A stretch of DNA of 64,000 bases from Utricularia gibba (lineage: Eukaryota; Plantae; Magnoliophyta): NCBI GenBank assembly GCA_002189035.1, contig NEEC01000015.1, positions 2,232,001 through 2,296,000 on the forward strand, in the 5' to 3' direction. The notes beneath the pieces are model-generated. The model had not been told where the DNA came from and made no database searches. It saw nothing but the letters and a program-made list of their open reading frames with translations. The translations under genes were made by a program, and so were the position numbers. Position 1 is the first letter of the stretch. Each line of letters begins with the position of its first letter. Below are positions 1-11,104 of the stretch, piece by piece.

Positions 1-68
1 GACATCTGGTTACGAAAGCATCCCACAAAATTGGAAAGGCATTATATTATCCAGAACATGATAAGTAC

Positions 69-933
69 CTTAATTCTTTGTTATCAATCCCAAAAGAGAT
101 ATTTTCCATCTGGAGCTTCGAGATGCTCCCTCCATAAGATCCCTCAGAACCGCCGACTGAATACAGAGGCATGTTCTGAAAGCTCCCACTGCCACTGGTT
201 TGAAAGCTTATGGTGTTCGTAGCAGGGCCACTAGAAATGTGAGCCGTGGGAGCCGGTGACGACTGGGAAGTAGACTGAGATTCCACAGGCTTTCTTGAAC
301 GGTTTCGACCACGATGCATGTGCCGCTCGCAGTACTTGGAGTCTGGATGTGCATCCTTTGAGCATCTCCACTTCTTCCCATCTGTCCTTCGGCATCTCCC
401 AGGTTCAGGATCAAACTTCTTGCCGTAGTAAGAAACATAACCCACTGCAAATATGAACAGAAGACTTTACAACGTAAAAATGAATCTGCAAACTCTTTGC
501 AGCTTAGAACACTAGAAGGAGGTTCAATAACAGGTAATGCTAACACAATCTCTCATAAGCTTGAAGATTAGCACACGCCCAAAGACTACAAAGAAAACCA
601 GGGAGTCACATTCACAGGATGCATTGTTTATTCTGGATTTCCAGGGTTCCCAAAGGCACCAACCACAGAAGTAATCACATTTTCCAACAGAGGAGTAGGT
701 AGATGATTACGTGAAGGATGGTGGAAGAGACGTGCAGATATTGCATCGAAACTGTGTCGAATGGGCATCACAAGATCTGGTGGGACAGGCAGACCAGCTA
801 CCAGGTACTTGTATATCATGGCTTGGTGCTCCAGCTCCTGCCATTGACCTGCAGTAAAAGGTGGTCGATAACCACCATATCCCCCATCTCGACCACCGCC
901 AATCGTCAACGAAGTTGATGCAGTCCCGCTCAT
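69..933 (-). CDS. GRF: Growth-regulating factor (QLQ + WRC domains); 3' end not resolved in window
   Basis: Exon 711-933 encodes MSGTASTS...[25 protein letters not shown] (QLQ). Exon 69-444 encodes [49 protein letters not shown] (WRC). GT-AG intron 445-710, next donor at 68. Confidence 0.94.
281..302 (-). promoter_or_regulatory. miR396 target site in GRF mRNA
   Basis: The mRNA strand reads CCGTTCAAGAAAGCCTGTGGAA, the canonical miR396 site in the RSRKPVE codons of GRF genes. Confidence 0.92.
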
Positions 934-995
934 TTTCGTCTTTTATATTCTCTTATCTTTACAAACAGGAACCCCGTTAAGCAAGATCCAAAATT

Positions 996-1624
996 TTACT
1001 CAGCTAAACGCAGACCTGCAGTTATGGTCGCCATGAAATCAGTCAGCAAGCTTATAAACACCAGAAAACTAACTAGCGGCATATCAGCTCTTTTTCAAGA
1101 TTTTGCATTAAGATTCTAATCTAGAACTTGGAAACCAAAATCTACTTAAGATACACTAAGCTGACAGCGACAACGGAACGAACTTATTATTTCAAAAGGG
1201 TCGACATTGCATTTTTCAAAACTTCAAAGCGAGGAAAAGCAGTTGCAGGAGAAAAAAAGAGAAGAAACCATAAAGGAAAACAGCCAAGGTAACGTTATAC
1301 GCATAAGAAAGACCTGGCATGAAAAAAAAATGCTGCTTTCAGACAGAACAAAACCACTGGCAGTTAATAGCAAGAGAAGGACAAGTGTTCATCCACATAC
1401 AGAGAGCGCAGATCTAGGGTTTGGCCAAACATGGAAGGCAAAGTTCCTCAGAGAAGAAAGAAGAGGAAATAAAAGCTGGTAAATGTTCCCCCACACACAA
1501 AAAAAAGTTGGAATTTTTTCCAAGTACACTGAAACACTGGCAATCTGAAGCCAATAGAAGTTGGGTGACTTGAGTGATGCTCAAAGCATAAGAGTGATTG
1601 ATACTCACTGGAAGCACTTGCCAT
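996..1624 (-). other. Putative intron-spanning uORF (MASASSLRLAE*) in GRF 5' leader
   Basis: AAAAAATGGC at 1624, donor A|GTGAGT at 1608, acceptor TGCAG| at 1016, TAA at 996-998, which is 62 nt before the main ATG. The leader structure is inferred. Confidence 0.4.
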
Positions 1625-2880
1625 TTTTTCTGGTGACCGACGGTTGAGAAGTCTCAGAGATTCCGTTGTTATGAAATGAGAGGGTTAATGCAAGAAGAAG
1701 AAGAAGAAGATTGTGGGGTTGCAAGATTACAAGGTGGGGGTACACGTACATGACTCCAAACCCACCATTTCTTTTCCACTGGACTCATCGACACTTCCAA
1801 ATTATAGAGAAGCGTCATGTCCCAATCAAGAGCTGAAGTTCTGTGCTTGAAATTAAATAATACCTACACTCTAATCTAAAACTGGTTCCCAAAATCCAAC
1901 AATGAATCCCTTCACTGGCATCCTCGAGAACCATAGAGCTAGCTGGGGCATGAGCGAGTGCTTCACAGCAGGGGGCATGGATGGATGGTGGGAAGCAACA
2001 TGGGATTGGTCAAGGGGGTGTGGTCACGGGGAGGGGGCCTCATTATGTGTCTCTGAAGCTCAAGGTGGTCCCTTGATGTTTACACATCAACACAAACAAG
2101 GACTCCATGAATTTTCTTTTTTACAAACAACCAACGAAAAAAAGTGGAAACAAACAACTGTATCAAAACTTTGTCATCAAGTCTTGAAGATTCCTTGTGT
2201 GGAGAAAAAGGCCAGCCTGCGTCTCATTAAAGAACACCATTCATTATGTTTGCTGCATCTTGTTGACTCCACTTCATTCTACGCACATACAGAAGAACAA
2301 AACCACGTTAACGAACCAAGTAATCACACCCATGTTCCACCGAAAATGTCAACATAAACCTGGGCTCCCCGAAAACACTATAAAACTGGGATCCCGAATC
2401 TTTAAGGCGTGGTAACCTACATGGGCTGCCTGCCTCCTCTTCATGTCCTCCAGCTCAACTCCACCACATGATCCTGGACACTAAACTTTACTGCTGATGG
2501 GTTCCTCTGAGACACCTCGTGCATCTGCAGCTCCTCCCCTGGCCCACCACCTTTTCCTTGGATATAAATCCCCGGTCCAAATCCCGATGCATCAACACTT
2601 GGGCTCAATATCGTGCCTTTCTCAACGCGGCCCAACTCGGTTCACCACCAGGACCGGCCCAATAGGCTGTTGTTGTAGTTTGGCAGGGCATGGTGGTCCC
2701 CAGGAAGTAGCCATCGGACCACGACTATAAGAAAATGACCCGATGTACAAAAATGGTACTTTTTTTTTTCTTTTACCAATTCTCATATTAATGAAGAAAA
2801 TAAAAAAATTCAGGAGAAAATGACCCTAATAAATAAAAATGGAAAAATATCGGGAAAAAGGAAGGAATCTACGATCAACT

Positions 2881-3311
2881 ATGGAGGACAATTGCCCTAC
2901 TGTGGTGTGCCGGTTGATGGCCCTCCTCCTCCGCAAGATGAAGGTGTTTGGAGTTTGGACGTCCGATCGCTGCGCAGAGATACTCGTTGCTCAGATCGCT
3001 CGACGAAGAATGGGGTAATGTGGTGGAGGTTATGATATTATTATTATTGGCTTGTATTTGGATTTTCTCTCCTGGGCAGTCTGACTCTGGGGATGGACTG
3101 TGTTCTTCAGCGCATGGAGGGTGTCAGGGCAGCACTCGGTGATTTCTGCCTCTCTCCATTGACTGCCGCAGGGAACCGGGGAGATGAATATTTTAAGTTC
3201 ACTGTGACGAAGAATGAACTACTGTGGAAGATATTTGTGTTCACGGTTTCTGCGGACAGGGTGTTTGATGAAAGTTCTCTGCTTCGCAGGAAGCTGGATG
3301 AGGAGCATTGA
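2881..3311 (+). CDS. Putative 121-aa two-exon protein of unknown function with a VARLMGL-like N-terminal motif
   Basis: ATG 2881. Exon 2881-3014, AT-rich GT-AG intron 3015-3079, exon 3080-3311 joins in frame: MEDNCPTVVCRLMALLLRK...RRMG|LTLGMDCVLQ...RRKLDEEH*. Confidence 0.5.
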
Positions 3312-3507
3312 TGGAATAGCAATTCGGCAGACAAGTTGCTCGATGAAAGGGCGTAGTGACTTTGGGGGAGCTAATATATATATAAAAACCAATCAGTTGT
3401 TACACTCCTAGTTCATACAAAAGAATTTGTCAGACCAATGCATATTATTTAAATGCATCTAGAGGGGTGGGGATTCAATTCAGATGAGAAAACACAGTTG
3501 CTGAGCT

Positions 3508-5402
3508 TCAGGCTTCGTTTGGTACATCAGACGTTTCTGATCCCTTGAACTGATCACCTGAGCCTGTCTTGTGCTTCTTGATTATATGTCCTGCTGCCTT
3601 TGCTCCCTTGAAGCTGCTGATATTCCCAAAGATGAGAAGAATCATCCCAATTATCCCTGCACAGAGCGAAACTCCAAATGCTTTGCCGGTGCTTCCTGGG
3701 AAGGCGGTAGCCCATGCGAATCCAGCACATGCACCAAGAGCTCCAACCCATGAATACCAGGAGCAGAATGCACCTTCTTTTCCTGCAGGAGTGCAATCTA
3801 GCAACAGGGCTATCCCCAGTGCGTGGAATAAACCTGCCAAAGGGGAAATATGCCGTATAGGATGGAATCTGAATGTCAAGAAACATGTAATACTGGGATT
3901 TCCATTTTCATGATAAGGAAAACAATCTGCAGGATATATCAAGACTGGCGGCTGTAGGTTCATGATAAGCATGGAAAGAAAGAAAGATCTGCAAAAGAAC
4001 AGTGGCATCGCAGCAAAAGTAAAAGGAAAGGATGTAGAAAACCTGTAGCGGTGCCCTGAATGGCTGCAAATAGTAGCATAAAGCTTGTACTCCAGACGCC
4101 TCCCCTATAATAGAATCCAAACGCCGATGTGACTGTCGAGAGTATGAAGGCGAGTAACAGCACTTTCTCTGTGTCTAATTTCATGAGTTTCTGCAGGCGA
4201 TGCGCCAGAGGAAGAGAAACCACAGGAACCAAGAAGTAGGTGAGCCACAGGAACAAAATGTTGTGAGATTTCAAGCAAAGATATCCTGAGGCGTAAAGGG
4301 TTGTCGACCCAAAAATGCAGAGCACCATAAAGGAGGATAGAAAATTAAGGGCAAGAGTTGTGGCTGCGTGTGGGAATCTGAAAATGGAGAGAACATGAAC
4401 AATGGGAACAGAGTCATCCAGTGTATCATCAGAACCTCCAGAACCTCTAATTGTGCTGAAAATATGGATCAGTGACAGCCCCCACAACAAGCCACTGAAT
4501 ATGGAAACGACCCACAAGGCAGTGAATTGGTCCGAGTGATTCAACATAAGGCACGTAAAGGAAGCCATTATAACGGCTCCAAAGCAACCAGCCGCGGTAG
4601 AGTAAAGAGACAGCTTACTCCCAGCAGATCTTCTGTTTGGAAACTGATGTTTTGGGAATTTTGAGCCTGTGAAGCCACGGATCAGCAGCCCCAGATGACG
4701 GTTGTTCCAGGCCCCCGCCACAGCACTCGCCGCCACGATGGCTGCTATGTACGGCATGAAAACACCAGATTTCTTGAAAAAACCAGCCGGGAGACAAAAG
4801 AGTGCCCCAATGCCAGTAGCTATACCGGCTATGACTTGTTGGCCATAACCGCGGTCCAGATAGAAGGACGCGAAGCCCAGAAAAGGCGTTGATAGAATAA
4901 TACCAGTTATCCAAGAGATGGTAGTCCACGCCAACGGAGAGAAACCCCTTCCACCAGCGGTGATATCTCTGTGTACTAGTCCTACGTAACTGTTTCCAAA
5001 CAACACAAGCTTCCAGTTCAAAAAAGAGAAAAAGCCCTTGAAACAGGGAGGAGTGAGCCAAAAAGTTGTGTGAACTTACAGCTGCATTTCCTTGTGCAGG
5101 CATTTCAAACCCTTGAAGCTTTGGAGCCAACCCTGCGGCGGCTCCGGCGGATCTGGCCCTGCTTTGCTGATAATGAGTGGGAACACCACAGGAACAAGTA
5201 CCGTCAGCACGAAGTAGGTGCAGAAGCCATAAAAATTCCAGGTGAAAACTTCTCCCTTTGTGGGTTTTTCTTCAATCCCTCCCCATCCCCTCCAAATCTC
5301 TCTTTCTTTCGGGATTTTCATCCCCACGCCAGTACCATACACAGATAAACCCTCCTCACGCTCCTTCGAATTATCCTGTGCCTGAGAGCTGATCTCTGCC
5401 AT
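3508..5402 (-). CDS. Major facilitator superfamily transporter, ATG22/UMF1-like
   Basis: Three ORF-track segments join through GT-AG introns (about 4990-5079 and 3836-4046), giving EMQL|YVGLVHRD and GTATG|LFHALGIALLLDC. Many hydrophobic helices. ATG at 5402 (MAEISS). Confidence 0.82.
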
Positions 5403-6176
5403 TAGAGCCAAAAAAAAAGATATAACTTTTTGACGCAGTAGACAGGCACACACTACTTGGTGGAGAAACAAGCAGCAGTATTTGAGCTTGTGAAGCTAGT
5501 TAATTCTTGCTCAAAGAAGTAGTGGAAAACAAAGGGAAAAGAGAGAGGGGTTGCCCCAAAGGAAAAAAAAAAAGAAAAGAAGAGCACTCGATCTCCTCGG
5601 TTTGTGTGCATGGGTATTACAAGTGCTGCCGCTGCTGCTGCTTTGGCTCCATTGTCATAATTATGGGTTGCCCTCCAAAGACAACCGAAAAAGCTGGGGC
5701 AACGGGCAGCGGCAACGGGCACCCTTCCCTCCCCTCACACGCGCACCCGTGTGGGTGTGTGTGTGTGTGCGTGCGAGAAAAAAAAAACTTTGAAGGAATA
5801 TTTTCAAGCGCCGTCCCCTTCCGCCTCTCTCTTTCAAAATTTGAAGGGGGCGTCCGTCGGTTTTCAGTTTTGTTTCTGCAGTTGGCAAAGCATGCGACCC
5901 AGATTCCGCACGCCATCCCTCCTCTTTCAAACCCCCAATTATTCTCCTCCCCACCCCACCCAAAAGTTTCCAGCACACTTCTCTACTCCGTTAACCCAAC
6001 CACTCAACCGCCCTTGATCTCCCCTTTTTCTTCATTCTTTTTTACCAATCAGTCCGATTTCATCGCGCGAGATTGCCCACCTTTGTGCGTGCAATTCTCA
6101 TCTGGCAGTGAAAGACATTCACTAGGGTCGTCGTTTCTTTACTTGCAATAAATAAATGTCTACTGGTAAAATATGA

Positions 6177-6194
6177 ACACACACACACACACAC
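6177..6194. repeat. (AC)n microsatellite
   Basis: Direct reading of an acacac tract. Confidence 0.85.
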
Positions 6195-6770
6195 ATATTC
6201 CGTATTCAGTCCCATCGGATACCATTTGTCAGCAGCCACCTTAGAGAAAAAATAAGGGAAAAAAACAGAACCAAAATCCCACCTTGTCCATTACTCAGTG
6301 ACCAGTCCAATTTGGACGCTTTCTGGCGAGAAACGGTTGCAGAGAGGACGGAGTGAGTGAGGTAGGAGGGAGGGGGGTGGGGTCCCAATTTCATTTTACT
6401 ATGGAGGGATTTTTTCCCAATTTTTTATTCATTAAATATGATAGTGGGTTGAGAGAAACAGGAAACTTTATAGATGAAGTTTTTACCCCCCGGCCAGCGC
6501 ATCGTGCCGCACCGGCACCGGAGTGATAATGGTTTCCTGGATCCTCTGTTTCATGTTTCACCCCCTCCCCTTTCTTTTTTTTCTTCTGTTAGGCGGATGC
6601 CCCACCGCTTCCTGCTTCCATCACTCGGGTAGTTTCCTTCCACGAGAAGGTAACAAACATTGAACCCAGACACAAGTCCGTACATGCATGTATGTATGTA
6701 TGTATGCAACAAGCACCAATTGATTTCTCCTAAGTTAGGGATCTGAAATTGCTTACAGATTGGTGGTTGT

Positions 6771-6865
6771 CTCGGGGGGAGTCTTTAATGGGGGCAACAT
6801 TTCACCATGGAGGCCACATGGTCTATTAAAGAAATGTTGCTCCTTCCTTTATGACTGGCTACGAG
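6771..6865. ncRNA. Candidate imperfect hairpin (possible MIR-like or structured RNA)
   Basis: GGGGGCAACATTTC pairs with GAAATGTTGCTCCT (14 bp including G-U). Inner ACCATG/CATGGT stem and outer AGTC/GACT and CTCG/CGAG pairs. No match to miRNA families I recognise. Confidence 0.2.
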
Positions 6866-8106
6866 GATGGTATCCGAATCTCCCTGAAATAATTCACTGT
6901 ACTTGGGAGGGGTTCGTTGCTTGGGGGAGGTAGATGAACCCATTCATGCCCCAAATGGGTTCACCCCAACCAAGCGTCTGCAATGTGCGTGACCCTGTGG
7001 GGTTGCTTGGTTGCTGATGAGGACGAGAACAAGGAATCCCTCTGCGCCTCCTCAAACCCCTCGGAAAGAGAGAGATTTTGACCACCAAAAGGCGAAATGC
7101 ACATCACATCCAAAGGAGCCATTCAAATACCATATGCCCTTTGCTGTTTAGAATGGACAGACATCTTGTACCGCGAGCGAATCTCCCCGGAAACCATTAC
7201 ACACAGACACACACTACGAGAAGAGATCATTACTGAGAAAACCCGTTTATTCGCAGTAGTACTGAAAGTGGGCCGCCTGATGTTGAGAAAACCTACTAAT
7301 GGTCCAGCCCACATTAACTCTACCCCTCCGCCCATGGACCGCCAAATCAAGGCCCAATCATTATTTTATTATTCACAGTAGGGACTATGAGCTCTATTAT
7401 CTGAATATTTAAATGGAAAATGTAATGAACACGTCACCGGCCCGGTTTACATCTCATTCCCATTTATTTATTATTTTTTAAATTGAGGGATGAATTGTCG
7501 GATTTAGTTGGGGGTGAAAGCAAAAATCAATGTCCTTATCATTCCTCGAGTTGAAGGGGCGGGACGGACAACGAAACATAACGCGACAAATGAAAGGGAT
7601 TGGAATCCGAAAAATTAATGAATTTTTTTTGGAGAATAAAATGGAATTTTTGCCTAAACAACTGAAATTAAAAAGGCTAATTGGCATTAATTATGGGGTT
7701 AAAGCGACGCGCCCCCATCGCCCTACGTGGTGCCCACTTTAGGGGCCGGGCCAGCTGGTAAAATGGACACCACGACCGTCAATGCGGCGCACATGGAACG
7801 TCGCCGTTTCGCTTTTCTTTTTTTTTATTTGATGAAAATGGGAAAAAGATTCCAAAATGCGCTTATTTAGAGGTATATTTGAGTTTTGGTCCTTGGAATT
7901 CTCAAATTTTCAAATTCAGGGTGCTTAGGATTGTGTTTAGGGTTCCTGGAACTCCTTTGTATACATACAACACACTACATTAGAAGAGCATCTCTCAGTA
8001 CATCCAAAATATTGTGTGTGAGAGTATCCAAGTCCATGAAAAGAGCAATACAAGGCAAAGGGTTCAGCTGTTAAAAATACACAGCAGTTTCTCCTCTTCC
8101 AGTTGC

Positions 8107-9663
8107 CTAAACTGATTCACAGAATGGCTCTTTGCATTTCATCCATTTGCAAATCTTCCTTTCCTGAAACCTCCAGAGCTTTGTCACCATGGAGTACAGT
8201 CCTCTGCTCACATAGCCAACCGTGAACATCACGATTTCACTGCATAACAAAGCATAAGGATGTCGGTCTCCATGCCTGCACACTACATCTAACTGGAAAT
8301 TGAGTTCAAGACTACAGTAGATGAACGAGGGGAGACATTTTTTGGGGTGGGGGGGAATCCGAACAGGCAGCTGCAAGCCATCATTTTGCTGATTTTTTAA
8401 GGAGTCGTCACTTACATTGGGAGCAAGGAGATCGGCCACCATTCACATAGTAGACAAACAAATAAGCATCATAATGTTGCCCGTTGATGAAATAAAAATT
8501 GTAAAGCCGTTGCAAGCACTGAAAGGACATCTTCTTGTATAAATGCATGGCTGCTGTATTGTAAGAGATCACATGCAGGTAAACTGCCCGGCAGGATGAA
8601 ATGCTCGAGGCATATTTTACGACCTCATAGATAAGAGAGCTACCTGAAAAATTCAACATCAACCACATTTTGGCATCATACTAGAAACACAGCTTTAGCA
8701 CTTACAAGGAAAAAAAAAATAGATGATGATAATTTCTTGAATATAAAATGCCAACGCCACCATCTTAAGAAATACAAGCACATCTTTGCACAAGCCTTTT
8801 CCTCCTTCTCAATGGAGGAATGACAGCAATTCCACATTTTTCTCCAGGACATAGCACACTTTTGTTTGAAATAATAAAAGCATCTTTCTGCAAGGAGCGA
8901 GAAGAGATAATTTGTGCCAGCGATGTGTTCGGATCCAAAATAGTAGTTATTCTGATGAACGTACATCAATGGAAAACATATTGAAAGATTTCTTTAGCTC
9001 CAAAGAGTTATGATGGCATTGAAAAAGTATTCAGACACCCACAGTGTACGTAAATATTAATTACATCCTGAAGACAAGTACCTATTCCCATATTCCTGTA
9101 GGAGTTCACAACTCCCAGCGTTAAGATGTATACCAAAGTGTGGTCAGTTCTTGATGAATCAATACTCACTAAATCTTCTATCTGAAAGTAATGAGAGTTA
9201 CACTGATTTAGTTATCATATAAAGTGACTAGATAATGAATTTGCACTGCCATAATTCCCTGGAAAGAACTAAGTGACCTTTCAGGTTAATATCATTAACT
9301 TCGTCCTACATCAACTATGACAAAGGTTTCACCTCACTGTCTTTTGCAGACACGACTTTTGCCGTAACAAATCCTATAAGTTCATTACTTTGTCCATCAG
9401 GCCGACTATGATCAACAGCACCCCATGAGACGATATCATTACCATTCACAACGTTGTAAAAGAAATCAGGTTCGTACCTAAAGAGTAGCAAGATTGTTGT
9501 CAGGAAATATAAAGCAAACTCCTTCTCTTCTGTAAAAAGGAACAAGACCATCCCACCTGATAGGAAACAAGTCCAAATGTATTTTCTCAAGCACAGCTAA
9601 ATCAGATGGTCGTATAGGCCTATGTGCTATTACTGCACCACGGTGAACTTCGAAGTCTACCAT
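8107..9663 (-). CDS. NAA60: GNAT N-acetyltransferase, NAA60/MCC1-like (5 coding exons; probable 1-bp error at about 8238)
   Basis: MVDFEV...RPIRPSDLAVLEKIHLDLFPIR|YEPDFF...ELIGFVTAK...|IEDLVS...VYILTLGVVNSYRNMGI|GSSLI...AVYLHVISYN...YYVNGGRSPCSQ matches the plant NAA60/MCC1 family. Confidence 0.88.
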
Positions 9664-10529
9664 AAAAAACCTTGAATCGATCCCCAGTAAATGATTCTTA
9701 TGTTTGGTATATCCAAAAGACAAATATCAGCTGCAACAATTATGCATCACTGGAAGGAAAAGAGCTGTAAATTCATAAAATTTCAGCACAAAATCAGTTC
9801 TACTTAAGCCAAAAAGAAGGAATTGAAAGCTTTGCTTACAAGACATACCGATCCTAAACGGGAGTTCCAGAGCAGCCATTGTCAGAAAATCCGTGATCTT
9901 TACCTGTTCCAAAGTCCAGTATAAAAAATGATCGGTCATAATGTGGTAGGTACCCAAAGATGTTGAAAAACATGGATTCATGAAGGGAACCAAGGACCTA
10001 TGGTTGGTAGCCTTACAATCCTCCCTCCTCTTCAAATATTTTATGCAGACGAGACTAGAGATTCAATTCCTGCACAGATAAAAAAAACCAAACATAAATA
10101 CTACGATCCCAATAGGAATCCAGAACATTACTACTAATGGTGCAAAAATAGGACCTCCCCACCTCCACACGGCACCCAAATAAGAATTCAATAACCTAAT
10201 GAAATCGACCAATTCTATTCCTCATGGCCCCAGCGAGAAACAACTGAGCTGGAGCAAAAATACAACGACGATCGCAAACACAAAGAACCCAAGAGTTGAT
10301 TCCACTCTCACTCAAGAAGAAGCCACGAAAAACCATACCCAGATTACCGCAGAATGAGCACCCAACTGTGGCATAGCGTACCTGTGGGATACTTCCGGCG
10401 AAGTATATTGACACCGATGCGATTACCCAAGCTATCTGCTTACTAATCAGAGATGCGAAATCAGAATTAATCAAGGGTGGAAGAATGAATTAGACAAATG
10501 AATGGACTATTCTAACCTCAAGACTATGG

Positions 10530-10990
10530 TGAAATTACTATAATAACCCCAGTACTTCACCCGCCTAGGTACTGTAGCCCCCGAAAATTTACCCCTCGAC
10601 TAGAAGTCTTCTTAAAAGACTAAAAATAAAAAAAAGACAAACATTTTTTTAATGTACTCATTTATTTTTAATTCATTAAAAGGGAAAGTCTAATCCGTAC
10701 AATGAACTTTGTGCATCTAATCTAGCTTTATTATTATGTTATTTTAAATTATATTAATTATTCTAAATGATACACTTGTTTAAAATTTATTAAAAATAAA
10801 ATAGAGTTTGTATAAAACAATGTAAATTGTGATTAAAAATTATTTAAGAAGTTTAATACAAAATACTCTCCTATTCATGATGTTCATAAACACATATGGA
10901 ATGTTTAAATTATTTAAAATTGATTAAAAATGAAACTGTTTATTTAAAGTAAAACTTATTATTAAATAAATGTTCCAAAATTAGATAAAA
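10530..10990. mobile_element. Possible DNA-transposon (MULE/MITE-like) remnant
   Basis: GGTGAAATTACTATAATAACCCCAGTACTT...GGTACTGTAGCCCCC resembles Mutator-type termini and is followed by about 400 bp of extremely AT-rich DNA. I found no partner TIR or TSD. Confidence 0.2.
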
Positions 10991-11104
10991 CAGTTTCCTA
11001 TGGCCCACCATTTTGAGGCTACTGGCCCAAGAGAGAAAGATAAGTAAAGTAAACTTGTCCAGTGGGCAGGATCCAAAAGCGGCCCACTATCAATTGATTT
11101 GGGC

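Noticed and set aside
1902-2730. ORFs of 64-151 aa between GRF and the small gene
   Set aside because: No motifs or consistent splice structure. The region has TATA-like and GGCCCA promoter elements, and I found no conserved miRNA in it.
5507-6151. 214-aa + strand ORF and overlapping ORFs
   Set aside because: Built from low-complexity promoter or UTR sequence (poly-A, GT and CT repeats), non-ATG start, no family signature.
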